A DNA stretch of 64,000 nt from Hydrolagus colliei (GCA_035084275.1 CM068778.1:1488001-1552000), one strand, 5' to 3'. Counted from the stretch's first letter, positions 37,358-51,848 are shown. Notes: generated by a model from the sequence alone, not told the origin. Numbers and translations: made by a program.

Positions 37358-37966
37358 ATGTGTCTGTCCTTTCTCACTGTCTCTCTGATCTCCATCCTCT
37401 GGCCCTGTGAGTATCTCTCCACATGTCTCTATTACCCAGTGCATTAGATTCCCTTTTGCCGACGTGAAAAGCGCTCGTCAAATATGTTGTTGTTGTTACA
37501 CACAAACTCTCAAACTCACAGGGCTTTCATATGACTCCCCTATCTCTGTCTCTGAGATGATCCCGCTTTGCGTCCGTCCATAATGCCAGGAAATCCCCAA
37601 GAAAATTCATCCCAGATTCCCTCCCTGTCAACAGGTTCACATTGTTATGTTGTCTTTGCAGGTCTGTCACTGGCTGAGTTGGTGACTCAGTGGCCGGGGA
37701 CAGTCACAGCCAGAGAGGGAGAGACTGTGACCTTGAGATGTTACCAGAACACCTCAGCCCTACAAACGATGCTCTGGTACCTCCAACCCCACCAGGGAGG
37801 CCTCACATTGATAGGATATCTCTATTACCCACCAACAATTTATGAGGAGGGTTTTAAATCTGGCTACAACATCACAAAGACAACAGACAAAAAGGATTCT
37901 TCCCTGGAGATCTCCATCAGCAACACAGCCCAGGAGGGGGTGTATTACTGTGCTGCTAGACAAGGG
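37358..37966 (+). CDS. TRBV: V27: TCR beta-like V segment
   Basis: Leader 37358-37406, V exon 37662-37966, RSS 37967-38005 (CACAGTG/23). Confidence 0.9.
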
Positions 37967-38484
37967 CACAGTGTGAGAGAGAGACAGATCTCTCATACAT
38001 AAACCTCACACAGGATATACAACGTTTCTGTTCACCACACACACACAATTCATGTTTTTCCCCCCCATCAACACCTGCCCTCAGTCTTCGCCAAATTCAA
38101 GCACATCAACACACACGATTCAGAGACAAGGGAGAACAAGAGGCTGTAGCTTTACTGAGACACCTCTCCTTCCCCCATATCTCAAGCCTCTCACTGGAGA
38201 GGCGATGCAGTCACTTCCGAAGTGATGCCAACACTTTATGTGATTGGTGGCTTTACCCTGCCAGAGGTTCATTCCACAGAGTCAAAGAGAGAGAGAGGAG
38301 TGTGTGTGTGTGTGTAAGAGGGCGAGATAGAGCTCGGCAAACTTTGCAAAGAGCAGAGTCAAGTTCAGAAAGCTAAATACAAACACAGAGTGTGGAAGAT
38401 AAGAAAGAGTGTATGTGAGAGAGAAGACGGGGAAAACACAAGCTCTGTGAAGATCCCAAATTTAATCTCAAGTCTCCACCAACG

Positions 38485-39048
38485 ATGAGACTGTCCTTTC
38501 CCGTTGTCTCTCTGATTCCCATCCTCTGGCCCTGTGAGTATCTCTCCACATCTCTCAATTCCCACTCAGGCTCCCAATTCCACTAAGATTTTGTAACATC
38601 CCCCATTCTCTCTGTCTGAGATGGTCCCAATCTTTGTTTGTGTGTACGTGACTGTGTGTGTACGGGAGTATGTGTTTAATCCCTGGAGTCAGACCAGCAC
38701 ATTCCCTGTGGACATGATGATGGATGTAATATTGTCTTTGCAGGTCTGTCACTGGCAGAGTTGGTGACTCAGTGGCCCGGGACAGTCACAGCAAAAGAGG
38801 GAGAGACAGTGATTTTGAAATGCTACCAGAATAATACAGCCCTCGGTACAATGCTCTGGTACCTCCAACCCCATCTGGGAGGCCTCAAATTAATTGGATA
38901 TAGCCTTACCACAAGCCCAAATTATGAGAAAGATTTTCAATCTGGCTTCAAAATCACAAAGACAAGTGATGACAAGGATTCCTCCCTGGAGATCTCCATC
39001 AGCAACACAACCCAGGAGGGGGTGTATTACTGTGCCGCTAGAGAAGGG
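38485..39048 (+). CDS. TRBV: V28: TCR beta-like V segment, intact ORF, defective heptamer
   Basis: Leader 38485-38533, V exon 38744-39048. RSS 39049-39087: CGCAGCG/23/ACATAAACC. Confidence 0.85.
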
Positions 39049-39653
39049 CGCAGCGTGTGAGAGAGACAGATCTCTCATACATAAACCTCACACAGGATAC
39101 ACAACCAATCTCTTCACCACAAACACAAACCAGTCTCTTCCCCCAACCAACACCTGCTCTCACTTTGTCAAAAACTAAAGACATCACCACAGACGATTGA
39201 GAGACAGAGAGAAAAAGAGGTTCAGGGACAGTGTAGACATGGCTCCATCTCACCTTCTCTCCACACTGTTCCCTCTGTCTCTGTTTCTCAAACATGGACC
39301 AATTTTGTGACCAACTGTTACCAGTCTATACTGTGGGGGAGGCTGTAGCTTCACTAAAACACCATCTCCCCAACCCCACATCTGCACCTCCCACCAATGT
39401 CCCACAGGGGGGCGGGGGAGAGGCACATTTCCTATCTGGTGTCGATACTTGGTATCATTCATGGCTCTATTCTGCCAGTGCTTCATGAGATATAGAGAGA
39501 GATTGTTTGTGTGTCCGTGTGTAGTGCGACATTAAGAAGTGGCGTATGAATGTAAGAGAGAGAGAAAGAGAGAGAGAGAGGTGACAACCTGAGCTCTGGT
39601 GTGTGAATCGCAAGTGAAGAGTTGCCATCAGTAATCCCAAGTCTCTTCCAACA

Positions 39654-40212
39654 ATGAGTCTGTCCTTTCTCACTGTCTCTCTGATCTCCATCCTCTGGCC
39701 ATGTGAGCATCTCTCCACATCTCTCAATTGCCCTCAGGCTCCCAATTCCGACTGGGATTCTACGTCACCACCATTGCCTGAGCTAAATAATCACACTGTG
39801 TGTGAGATCGTGTGTGTTGGTGTGTGTGAGTGTATGTGTGTGTTCCCGGGAATCAGACCAGACCATTCCCTGTGGACAGGATGGAGAATGTTATTTTGTT
39901 TTTGCAGGTCTGCCAGTGGGAGCCTTGATGACTCAGTGGCCGGGGACAGTCACAGCCAGAGAGGGAGAGACTGTGACTTTGAGATGTTACCAGAACGACA
40001 CAGCCCTTACTGCAATGCTCTGGTACCTCCAAACCCATCAGGGAGGCCTCACATTGATTGGATATGCCGTACTGTCAAACCCAAATTATGAGAAGGGTTT
40101 TGATACTGATTACAAAATTACACAGATTGGTGGCAACAAGGAATCCTCCCTGGAGATCTCCATCAGCAACACTACCCAGGAGGGGGTGTATTACTGTGCT
40201 GCTAGAGAAGGG
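39654..40212 (+). CDS. TRBV: V29: TCR beta-like V segment
   Basis: Leader 39654-39702, V exon 39908-40212, RSS 40213-40251 (CACAGCG/23). Confidence 0.9.
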
Positions 40213-40877
40213 CACAGCGTTAGAGAGAGACAGATCTCTCATACATAAACCTCACACAGGATACACAATGTCTCAGTTTACCACACACACACAGAGACAC
40301 ACACACAAACCAGCCTTGTCCCCCACCAACACCTGCTCTCACTTTGCCAAAAATTAAAGACATCAACGCAGACGATTGAGAGACAGAGAGAAAAAGAGGT
40401 TCAGGGACAGAGGACAGAAGGTGACATGATTCCATCTCACCTTCCCTCAACACTGTTCCCTCTGTCTCTGTAACTCTCACCAATTTTGTGACTGACTGTT
40501 ACCAGTCTATACCCAGGGGGAGGCTGTAGCTTCACTAAAACACCACCTCCCCTCCCCTACATCTGAACCTCCCATTAATGTCCTACAGGTGGGCGGGGGA
40601 GGAGGCACATTTCCCAATTGGTGCCATCGCTTTTGTGTCATTGATGGCTTTATTCTGCCAGTGCTTTATTCCAAAGTGATGCAGATAGATAGTGTGTGTG
40701 TATGAGAGAGCGAGAGTCAAAGAAACCGAGCTAGACAACGTTTCTGAGAGTAGGGAGTGCAGTTAGGAAAGTTACATACAAAGACAGAGTGTGGGCGATA
40801 AGGAAAGAGAGAAGAAGGGAGAGAAACCTGAGCTCTAATGTGAAGATCCCAAGATTAGTCTCAAGTCTCCGCCAACG

Positions 40878-41428
40878 ATGAGTCTGTCCTTTCTCACTGT
40901 CTCTCTGATCTCCATCCTCTGGCCCTGTGAGTATCGCTCCACATCTCTCAATTTTCCACAGATTCCCAAATCCCTTGGGATATCATAACATCCCCCACAC
41001 TTTCTGAGATGATCCTACGCTGTGTCTGTGTATATGTCAGTGTGTGTGTATGTCTCTGACCCTGTGTATCACACCAGGACATTCCCTATGGACATGATGA
41101 TGGATGTCACGTTGTCTTTGCAGGTCTGTCACTGGCAGAGTTAGTGACTCAGTGGCCGCGGACAGTCACAGCCAGAGAGGGAGAGACTGTGACTTTGGGA
41201 TGTTACCAGAATGAGACAGCATATGAAAGAATGCTCTGGTACCTCCAGCTCCATCAGGCAGGCATCACATTGATCGGATATGCCTTAGTGTCAAACCCAA
41301 CTTATGAGAAGGGTTTTGATGCTCATTACAAAATAACACAGACTGGTGACTACAAGGAATCCTCCCTGAAGATCTCCATCAGCAACACAGCCCGGGAGGG
41401 GGTGTATTACTGTGCTGCTAGACAAGGG
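40878..41428 (+). CDS. TRBV: V30: TCR beta-like V segment, variant nonamer
   Basis: Leader 40878-40926, V exon 41124-41428, RSS 41429-41467 (CACAGTG/23/ACATAAATG). Confidence 0.87.
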
Positions 41429-42486
41429 CACAGTGTGAGAGAGAGACAGATCTCTCATACATAAATGTCACACAGGCTCCACAACTACTCTCTTCACCAC
41501 AGACACAAACCAGTCTCTTCCCCCAAGCAACACCTGCTCTCACTTTGTCAAAAACTAAAGACATCAACACACACGATTCAGAGACAGAGAGAATTAGAGG
41601 TTCAGGGACAGTGTAGACATGGCTCCATCTTACCTTCTCTCCACACTGTTCCTTCTGTCTCTGTTTCTGAAACGTGGACCAATTTTGTGACCAACTGTTA
41701 CCAGTCTATACCGTGGGGGAGGCTGTAGCTTCACTAAAACATCATCTCCCCAACCACACATCTGCACCTCCCACCAATGTCCCACAGGGGGGCGGGGGAG
41801 AGGCACATTTCCTATCTGGTGTCGATACTTGGTATTATTCATGGCTCTATTCTGCCAGTGCTTCATGAGATATAGAGATTGTGTGTGTGTGTGTGAGAGA
41901 GACAGCGAGAGTGGTAGAGAGAGACCAAGCAAGACAGCATTTCTGAGAGAAGAGAGTGAAGTTAAGAAAGTTAAATATAATACTCTCTGCACTATCTGTG
42001 TCTCTCACTCTCTGGGTCCTTCCGACGTTGTGTCCTCCCAAGATGCTCTATAAATATCATTTTGTTGTTGTGGTTAAGTCTCTGAATTTTGGACCAATTT
42101 GGCCACCTGCTGTTCTCAGTCCATACCATTGGGGATGCTGCAGCTTCACTAAGTCACTCCCCCATCCCCCACATATACCTCCCACCAATGTGACACTGCG
42201 AGGGTGGGGTGAGGGGCAGGATTCCCACATCTGATGTTCTGCAGACGCTTCAGTGCCATTGTTGCCTTTACTCTGCCAGAGCTTCATTCCACGGACGCAG
42301 ATAGAGGAGAGGGTTTGTGTGAGACAGTGAGAGGCAGTGTTGGCGTGACAGGGGGCAGTTGTTTGAATTAGGAAATAGGAACTGAGCCAGTGAGATACAG
42401 TGAGATATAAAGAGAGAGACATTGTGGGAGAGATCGCTGAGCTCTGGTGTGAAGATCTCCAGGTGAATCTCAAATCTCCGCCAACA

Positions 42487-43032
42487 ATGAGTCTGGCCTT
42501 TCTTGCTGTCTCTCTGACCTCCATCCTCTGGCCCTGTGAGTATCTCTCATCATTTTACTTTTTCCCTTAAACTCTCAAATCCACAGGGATTTCATATCAC
42601 ACCCCTCTCCTCGTGTCCGACATTATACCACATTTCTGTGTATAGGTTTGGAAACCCAGCGTCTCTCCCAGGACATTCAGCCCAGATTCCCTGTCGGCGG
42701 GATCACATTGTTATGTTGTCTTTGCAGGTCTGTCACTGGCAGAGTTGGTGACTCAGAGGCCGGGGACAGTCACAGCCAGAGAGGGAGAGACTGTGACATT
42801 GACATGTCAGCACAATAATGCTGCCCTTGTTATGATGCTCTGGTATCTCCAACTCCATCAGGGAGGCCTCACATTAATGGGATACAGCAGTTACAGAGAG
42901 CCAAAGTATGAGAAGGGATTTGAATCTGGCTACCGCTATACACAGTCTAGTGACTACAAGAACTCCTCACTGGAGATCTCCATTAGCAACACAACCCAGG
43001 AGGGGGTGTATTACTGTGCTGCTAAAGATAAG
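42487..43032 (+). CDS. TRBV: V31: TCR beta-like V segment (ends CAAKDK)
   Basis: Leader 42487-42535, V exon 42728-43032, RSS 43033-43071 (CACAGTG/23). Confidence 0.9.
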
Positions 43033-43724
43033 CACAGTGTGAGAGAGAGACAGATCTCTCATACATAAACCTCACACAGGATACACAACGTTTCTGTTCA
43101 CCACACACACACTCCATGTGTTCCCCCCCACCAACACCTGCCCTCAGTCTTGGCCAAAAATCAAACATGAAAACACAGACGATTGAGAGACAAGAGAGAA
43201 AAAGAAGTTCGGGGTCCAGAGAGGACAATAATAACAACAAAATTACATTTGTGTAGCGCCTTTCAAGTCAGGAGGTCATCCCACGGCAATGGACAGTTAC
43301 AGCTTCAGGATATGGCTCCATCTTGACTATTCTCCAAACTCTTCTCTCTGTGTCTCTGTCTCCGAGTCTGGGACCAATCTTGTGACCAACTGTTCCCAAT
43401 CCTTACCGTGGGAGAGGATGTAGCTCTACGGGGGAGAGGATGTTGGTGGGGGAGACAGCTGGCCAACTTCCGATCTGGTGCCGACACTGAATGCCATTGG
43501 TGCCTTTACTCTGCCAGAGATTCATTCCTCAGAGACACAGAGAGAGAATGAAATAGCGAGACAAACTTTGGGAGACAGGTCGCGTGTTATCCGGATAGAT
43601 AGAACGTTAGTGCGACATTAAGAAGTGGCGTATGACTGTGAGAGAGAGACTAAAAGAGAGAGAGAGGGGACAAAGTGACCTCTGGTGTGAGAATCGCAAG
43701 GTTAATCTCAAATATCTGCCAACA

Positions 43725-44283
43725 ATGATTCTGCCCTTTCTCACTGTCTCTCTGATCTCCATCCTCTGGCCATGTGAGTATCTCTCCACATCTCTCAATT
43801 GCCCTCAGGCTCCCAATTCCTACTGGGATTCTACGTCACCACCATTGCCTGAGCTAAATAATCACACTGTGTGTGAGATCGTGTGTTTTGGTGTGTGTGA
43901 GTGTATGTGTGTGATCCCGGGAATCAGACCAGACCATTCCCTGTGGACAGGATGGAGAATGTTATTTTGTGTTTGCAGGTCTGTCAGTGGGAGCCTTGAT
44001 GACTCAGTGGCCGGGGACAGTCACAGCCAGAGAGGGAGAGACTGTGACTTTGAGATGTTACCAGAATGACACAACCCATAATACAATGCTCTGGTACCTC
44101 CAACCCCATCATGGAGGCCTCATATTGATCGGGTATTTTTTTCGGTCAAAACCAAATTATGAGAAGGGTTTTCAATCTGACTACAACATCACAAAGACAA
44201 GTGACGACATGGATTCCTCCCTGGAGATCTCCATCAGCAACACAGCCCAGGAGGGGGTGTATTACTGTGCTGCTAGAGAAGGG
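43725..44283 (+). CDS. TRBV: V32: TCR beta-like V segment
   Basis: Leader 43725-43773, V exon 43979-44283, RSS 44284-44322 (CACAGCG/23). Confidence 0.9.
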
Positions 44284-44899
44284 CACAGCGTGAGAGAGAG
44301 ACAGATCTCTCATACATAAACCTCACACAGGATACACAACCACTCTCTTCACCACAGACACAAACCAGTCTCTTCCCCAACCAACACCTGCTCTCACTTT
44401 GTCAAAAACTAAAAACATCAACACAGATGATTGAGAGACAGAGAGAATTAGAGGTTCAGGGACAGTGTAGACATGGCTCCATCTCACCTTCTCTCCACAC
44501 TGTTCCCTCTGTCTCTGTTTCTGAAACGTGGACAAATTTTATGACCAACTGTTACCAGTCTATACCGTGGGGGAGGCTGTAGCTTCACTAAAACACCATC
44601 TCCCCAACCCCACATCTGCACCTCCCACCAATGTCCCACAGGGGGGCGGGGGAGAGGCACATTTCCTATCTGGTGTCGATACTTGGTATCATTCATGGCT
44701 CTATTCTGCCAGTGCTTCATGAGATATAGAGAGAGATTGTTTGTGTGTCCGTGTGTAGTGCGACATTAAGAAGTGGCGTATGAATGTGAGAGAGAGAGTA
44801 AAAGAGAGAGAGAAAGAGAGAGAGAGGTAACAACCTGACCTCTGGTGTATGAATCGCAAGTGAAGAGTTGCCATCAGTAATCCCAAGTCTCTGCCAACA

Positions 44900-45464
44900 A
44901 TGAGTCTGTCCTTTCTCACTGTCTCTCTGATCTCCATCCTCTGGCCATGTGAGTATCTCTCCACATCTCTCAATTGCCCTCAGGCTCCCAATTCCCACTG
45001 GTATTCTACATCACCAACATTGCCTGAGCTAAATAATCCCACTGTGTGTGAGAGTGTGGAGTTGTGTGTGTTTGTGTGTGTGAGTCTGTCTATGATCCTG
45101 GGAATCAGACCAGACCATTCCCTGTGGACAGGATGGAGAATGTTATTTTGTTTTTGCAGGTCTGTCAGTGGGAGCCTTGATGACTCAGTGGCCGGGGACA
45201 GTCACAGCCAGAGAGGGAGAGACTGTGACTTTGAGATGTTACCAGAACGACACAACCCATAATACAATGCTCTGGTACCTCCAACCCCATCAGGGAGGCC
45301 TCACATTGATCGGATATTTCTATGCGTCAAATCCAACTTATGAGAAGGGTTTTGATAATCACTACAAACTTACACAGATTGGTGGGAACAAGGATTGCTC
45401 CCTCGAGATCTCCATTAGCAACACTACCCAGGAGGGGGTGTATTACTGTGCTGCTAGAGAAGGG
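44900..45464 (+). CDS. TRBV: V33: TCR beta-like V segment
   Basis: Leader 44900-44948, V exon 45160-45464, RSS 45465-45503 (CACAGCG/23). Confidence 0.9.
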
Positions 45465-46189
45465 CACAGCGTGAGAGAGAGACAGATCTCTCATACATAA
45501 ACCTCACACAGGATACACAACATTTCTGTTCCCCACACACAGACACACACACACAGACACACAAACCAGCCTTTCCGCCCCCAACACCTGCAATCTGTCT
45601 CTGCAAAAACTGAATACGTCAACACAGACAATTCAGAGAGCGAGAGACAAAGAAAGAAATTCGGGGAAAGAGTGAGCATTAACAACAACAGCAAAATTAC
45701 ACTTGTATTGCACCTTTCACGTCAGGTGGATGTCCCAATGCATGGCTCCAACCAGCCTACTCTCCACACTGATCCCTCCGTGCCTCTGTCTCTGAATCTA
45801 TTGCCAATTTTGTGGCTCCCTGTTCCCACTCCATAACCTGGTGGAGGCTATAGCTTCACTGAGACACCTCCTCCCCTCCCCACCACAGCTCCACTTCCCC
45901 CTGGTGTGGGGAGAAGGGCCTTTTCCGATATGGTGACAACAAATTGGTGCCATTGTTTGCCTTTATTCTGCCAGAGCTTCAGCCCACAGTGGCAGAAAGA
46001 GAGTGTGAGAGAGAACAAGAGATTAAGTGACAGAGAAAGAGACAAGGTTTGGATGATTGGGGGAGTGACATCGAGAAACAAATAGAAACAGAGAGTGAGA
46101 GAGACAACGAACATTCGGGAGAGGGAGGGTGAGAGAAACCTCAGCTCCAGTGAAGAGTTTCCATCAGTAATCCCAAGTCTCTGCCAACA

Positions 46190-49100
46190 ATGAGTCTGTC
46201 CTTTCTCACTGTCTCTCTGATCTCCATCCTTTGGCCTGTGAGTATCTCTCAACATATTTGTATTAACCAGTGCCTTGGAACACCCAATAAACGTGATATA
46301 AATATAATATGACCTGATAAACGCTATATAAATATAATTTTTATGTTGTTGTTGTTACCAGCAAACTCTCAAACCAACGGAGCTTTCATATCACTCCCCT
46401 CTCTCTGTATCTGAGATGATCCCTCTTTGTGCCAGGAATTCCCAAAGAACATTCATCCCAGATTCCTTCCATGTCAGCGGGATCACATTGTTATGTTGTC
46501 ACTGGCAGAGTTGGTAACTCAGTGGCCGGGGACAGTCGCAGCCAGAGAGGGAGAGACTGTGACATTGAGATATTACCAGAATGAATCAGCCCTTAGTACA
46601 ATGCTCTGCAAACCTCCAACCCCATGAGGGAGGCCTCACATTAATTGGATATCTCGAGTACCCACCACCAAGGTATCATAGGTTCATAGAGTCATAGAAT
46701 TTTACGGCACAAAAGGAGGCCATTCGGCCCATCTAGTCTGTGCCGGCTCTTTGAAAAGAGCGATTCAATCCCACTGCCCTGCCCACTCCCCATAGCCTAA
46801 TAGACCTGTTCTCCCTAAATAAAGATCTAATTCCCTTTTAAAAGTTGTTATCGAATCAGACTCCACCACCTTTTCAGGCAATGCATTACAGATTCGAACA
46901 ACTCGCTGAGTGAAACAATTTCTCCTCAGCTCCCCTCTACTTTGCCTTGAAACTATTTTAAATCTGTGACCACAAGTCACAGATTCGCCCACGAGTGGAA
47001 ATAGTTTTTCTCTATTTGCCCTGTCGAAACCCCTCATGATCTTATAAACCTCTATTAGGTCTCCCCTCAATCTTCTCTGCTCCAGAGAGAATAACCCTAG
47101 CCTATCTAGCCTCTCCTCATACCTGTAGTCCCTCAATCCTGGCACCATCCTAGTAAATCTTCTTTGTACCCTTTCCAATGTCTTCACATCCTTTCTGTAG
47201 TGTGGTGACCAGAATTGAACACAGTATTCCAGCTGAGGCCTCACCAAAGTCTTATAGAGGTTAGTCAGCACTTCCTGACTTTTGTACTCTATACCCCTAT
47301 TTATAAAGCCTAGTATCCCATATGCCTTCTTAACAGCCTTGTCTACCTGTCCTGCCACCTTCAACGAGTCACTAACACAAATCCCCAGGTCTCTCTGTTC
47401 CTTCACACCATTTAAAATTGTACTATCTAGCCTATATTGCCTCCCTTCATTTCTTCTCCCAATAAGCATCACCTCACACTTCTCTGCATTAAACTTCATC
47501 TGCAATGTGTCTGCCCACTTTACCAATTTGTCTATATCCTCTTGCAGGTGGCTACTATCCTCCTCACTATTTACTATTCTCCCTAACTTAGTGTCATCTG
47601 CAAACTTGGAAACTGTACTCCGTACACCCAAGTCCAGATCATTGATGTAGATTACAAACAGCAATGGTCCCAAAACTGATCCCTGTGGCACACCACTGCT
47701 CACTTCCCTCCAATCTGAAAAACAGCCGCTCACTACAACTCTCTACTTTCTGTCTCGCAGCCAGTTGTGGATCCACGCTGCCACTGTCCCTTTTACGCCA
47801 TGGGCCTTTAATTTCATAATAAGTCTCTCATGTGGCACTTTGTCAAATGCCTTTTGAAAGTCCATGTAAACTACATCAACTGCGCTACCATTATCCACCC
47901 ATTCCGTTACCTCATCAAAAAATTCTATCAGATTTGTAAGGCAAGATTTGCCTTTAACAAATCCATGTTGACTGTCCTTTATTAGCCTATATCTTTCTAA
48001 GTGAAGATCTACCTTGTCCCTGATATGGACTCTAGAAGTTTGCCCACTACCGACGTTAGACTGACTGGTCTGTAGTTACCAGGCTTGTCCTTCTGCCCCT
48101 TTTTATACAAGGGAGTAACATTAGCTATCCTCCAGTCCTTCCTGTGTCCAAGGAAGATTGAAAGATCGTGGCCAGAGTCCCTGCTATTTGCTCCCGTGCC
48201 TCACTTAGTAACCTAGGGTGCATCCCATCCGGACCAGGTGACTTATCCACCTTGAGCGACGTCAAACTTTTTAGAACTTTCTCTCTGGTTATAATTATTC
48301 TATCCATTTCTCCTACCCTCTCCTCTAATACCATGGCATTGGCTGTATCCTTTTCTTTTGTGAAGACAGAGGCGAAGTACTCATTCAGTACATCAGCCAT
48401 GCCCTCTGCCTCCACAGTGAGATTTCCTCCTAGGTCCCTAATTGGCCCCACCCTATCCTTGACCAACCTTTTACTCTTAATATGTTGGTAAAAAACCTTA
48501 GGGTTCCCCTTAATCTTACTCGCTAATTGTTTTTCATGCAGTCTCTTTGCCCCTCTAACTTCCCTTTTTAGTTCTATCCTACACTTCCTATATTCTGCTT
48601 GGTTCCCTTCTGAATTTTGAGCCTGACACTTATCATAAGCCTCTTTTTTTTGTTTTATTTTGGCCCCGATTTCCTTAGTCATCCAGGGAGGTTTGGATGC
48701 CTTACGTTTCACCTTTGTGGGGATGCTTTTGACCTGTGCTTGAACTATCTCCTCTTTGAACGCTGCCCACTGCTCGTTAGTTGTCTTACCTGCCAATTTT
48801 TCTTTCCAATCCACCTTGGCTGGGTCCCACCTCAACTCATTGAAATTAGCCCTTTTCCAGTTGAGTGTGCTCACCTGTGATCGTTCCTTATCCCTTTCCA
48901 TAATTATTCTGAATCTAACGATATTGTGGTCACTATTCCCTAGATGCTCACCTACAGAAACCTGTTGAACTTGCCCTACCTCATTTCCCAAAACTAGATC
49001 CAGCAATGCTTCTTTCCTCGTTGGACTGGAAACATACTGATCAAGAAAGTTGTCCTGCACACACTTCAGGAATTCTTCTCCCTCCTTGCCCTTTACTCTA

Positions 49101-49482
49101 CTATTCTGCCAGTCTATGTTGGGATAGTTGAAGTCACCAATTATCACTACTCTATTAGCTCTGCATTTCTCCGTGATACGCTTGCAGATCTGCTTGTCTA
49201 TCTCCTCCCCACTATTTGGTGGTCTATAGTATACCCCTAACAGTGTAACTGCACCTTTTTTATTCCTCATTTCTAACCAGATAGATTCGGTTTTTAGTCC
49301 TTCTTCCACCTCGTTCCTTTCTAAGGCAGTCACTGAGTCCTTAACTAAAATTGCCACCCCGCCCCCTTTTCTCCCTTCTCTATCCCTCGTGAATATCAGG
49401 AGGGTTTTAAATCTGGATACAACATTGCAAAGACAACAGACAAAAAGCAATCCTACCTGTAGATCTCCATCAGAAACACAGC
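46190..49482 (+). pseudogene. V34: duplicate of the V19 pseudogene, split by an antisense CR1
   Basis: Same lesions as V19: 48-nt leader 46190-46237, acceptor deletion, C23Y, frameshift and TGA. 3' part 49394-49482 has no YYC or RSS. Confidence 0.9.
46679..49393 (-). mobile_element. CR1-clade LINE, copy 4 (segmental duplicate of copy 3)
   Basis: Same site and truncation point as copy 3; TSD TATCA at 46674-46678 and 49394-49398. Shares the 1-nt frameshift (ccctgatatgg) and has an extra deletion of about 11 nt near 48140. Confidence 0.95.
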
Positions 49483-50152
49483 TCAACCAGCACATATACA
49501 AACCAGCCTTTCCTCCACTATCACCTGCCATCGGTCTTGGCCAAAAATTATACACATCAACACAGACGATTGAGAGACGAGAGAGAAAAAGAGGTTCAGG
49601 GACAGATAACATATGTGTCCATCTCATCTGCTCTGCACACTGTACCCTCTGTGTGGTTGTCTCTCTCTGTGTGTCCTCCCAACGGTTGTGTCCTCCCCCA
49701 AGCAGCTTTATAAATACAATTTTATTGTTGTGTCTCTCAAACTGGGACCAATTTGGCAACTTGCTCAGTGCACACCATTGGGGGACGCTGTGGCTTCACT
49801 GAGACACCTCGCCTCCCGTCACATGTCATACCTGGCACCAATGTGACACTGTGGGGTGGGGTGAGAGGTGAGACACTCACTGCTGATGTTCTACAGACAC
49901 TTCAGTGCCATTATTGGCTTTACTCTGCCAGATTTTCATTCCACAGAGACAGAAAGAGAGAGAGGTGGGGGGGGGGTGGCGTGATGAGACAGTGAGAGGC
50001 ATGGTTGTGAGACAGGGGGAGTGGTATCAATGAAGAAATAGGAAGTGAGTCAGTGAGAAATAAAGTGTGTATGTGTGAGAAAGAGTGTGTGGGAGAGATA
50101 CCTGAGCTCTGGTGTGAAGAACCAAAGTTTAATCTCAAGTCTCTGCCCAACA

Positions 50153-50699
50153 ATGAGTCTGTCCTTTCTCACTGTCTCTCTGATCTCCATCCTCTGGCCC
50201 TGTGAGTATCTCTGAACATCTCTCAATTCCCCTTCAAGCTCCCAATTCCACTGGGGTTTCATAACATCCCCCACTTTCTCTGTCTGAGATTACCCTAATC
50301 TGTGTTTGTGTCTGTGTGTGTGTATGTGTGTGATCCCGGGAATCAGACCAGGTTATTCCCTGTGGGCAGGATGATGGATGTTACATTGTCTTTGCAGGTC
50401 TGTCACTGGCAGAGTTGGTGACTCAGTGGCCGGGGACAGTCACAGCCAGAGAGGGAGAGACTGTGACCTTGAGATGTTACCAGAATGAATCAACCCTTGA
50501 TACAATGCTCTGGTACCTCCAACCCCACCAGGGAGGCCTCACATTGATTGGATATCTCCAGTACCCACCAACAAGGTATGAGGAGGGTTTTAAATCTGGC
50601 TACAACATCACAAAGAGAGGTGACAAGGATTCCTCCCTGGAGATCTCCATCAGCAACACAGCCCAGGAGGGGGTGTATTACTGTGCTGCTAGAGAAGGG
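50153..50699 (+). CDS. TRBV: V35: TCR beta-like V segment (V20-type gene joined to V21-type 3' flank)
   Basis: Leader 50153-50201, V exon 50398-50699, RSS 50700-50738 (CACAGCG/23). Confidence 0.9.
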
Positions 50700-51310
50700 C
50701 ACAGCGTGAGAGAGAGGCAGATCTCTCATACATAAACCTCACACAGGGTACACAACGTTTCTGTTTACCACACACAGACACAGACACACGAACCAGCCTT
50801 TCCCCCCACCAACACCTGTCCTCAGCTTCCACAAAAGTTAAACACATCGAACAGACGTTTGAGAGACGACAGAGCGAAAAAGAGATTCAGGACCAGACGA
50901 GACAAGGCACTGTCTCTCCAACTCTCCACACTCTTCCCTCTGTGTCTCTGTCTCTGAATCTAAGACCAATTTTGTAACTCAGTGTTCTCAGTCCATACCC
51001 TGGTGGGCGCTGTAACATCACTAAGACACCAACTCCCCTCCCACTACAGCTCCACCTCCCCCCCCCCACCCCCCCCAATCAGCCTTTCTGATGTGGTGTC
51101 TACACTTTGGTGTCATTGGAGCCTTTAGTACATAGTGACAGGGAGAGAGATTGAGCGACAAAGAGAGAAACAACTTTTGGATAATTGGGGGCGTGCTATC
51201 GAGAAATAAATAGAAACAGAGCCTGAGAGAAATAAGGGGCATATGTAAGAGGGAGAGAAACCTTAGCTCCAGTGTAGGGTATTCAAGATTATTCCAAGTC
51301 TCTGCCAACA

Positions 51311-51848
51311 ATGATTCTGTCCTTTCTCACAGTCTCTCTAATATCCATCCTTTGGCCCTGTGAGTATCTCCCGACATATCTCGCTATCCCACAAGCTCTC
51401 ATATCCATAGGATTTCATATCACATCCACCTCTCAGTCTGAGATGATTCCAATTTAAGTCTGTCCCTGATCCCGGGAACCCCTCCGGGACATTCAGCCCA
51501 GATTCCCTGTCGGTGGGATCACTTTGTTATATTGTCTTTGCAGGTCTGTCACTGGCAGAGTTGGTGACTCAGTGGCCGGGGACAGTCACAGCCAGAGAGG
51601 GAGAGACTGTGACCTTGAGATGTTACCAGAACACCTCAGCCCTACAAACGATGCTCTGGTACCTCCAACCCCACCAGGGAGGCCTCACATTGATCGGATA
51701 TGCCTTTATCTCAAACCCAACTTATGAGGAGGGTTTTAAATCTGGCTACAACATCACACAGACTGGTGGCAACAAGGATTCCTCCCTGGAGATCTCCATC
51801 AGCAACACAGCCCAGGAGGGGGTGTATTACTGTGCTGCTAGACAAGGG
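51311..51848 (+). CDS. TRBV: V36: TCR beta-like V segment (mosaic)
   Basis: Leader 51311-51359, V exon 51544-51848, RSS 51849-51887 (CACAGCG/23). Confidence 0.9.

Noticed and set aside
48125-49759. 544-aa minus-strand ORF with a novel N-terminus fused to a CR1 endonuclease
   Set aside because: The N-terminal part is antisense V34 remnant and flank in frame by chance. The equivalent in copy 3 is broken, and the element is 5'-truncated and frameshifted.
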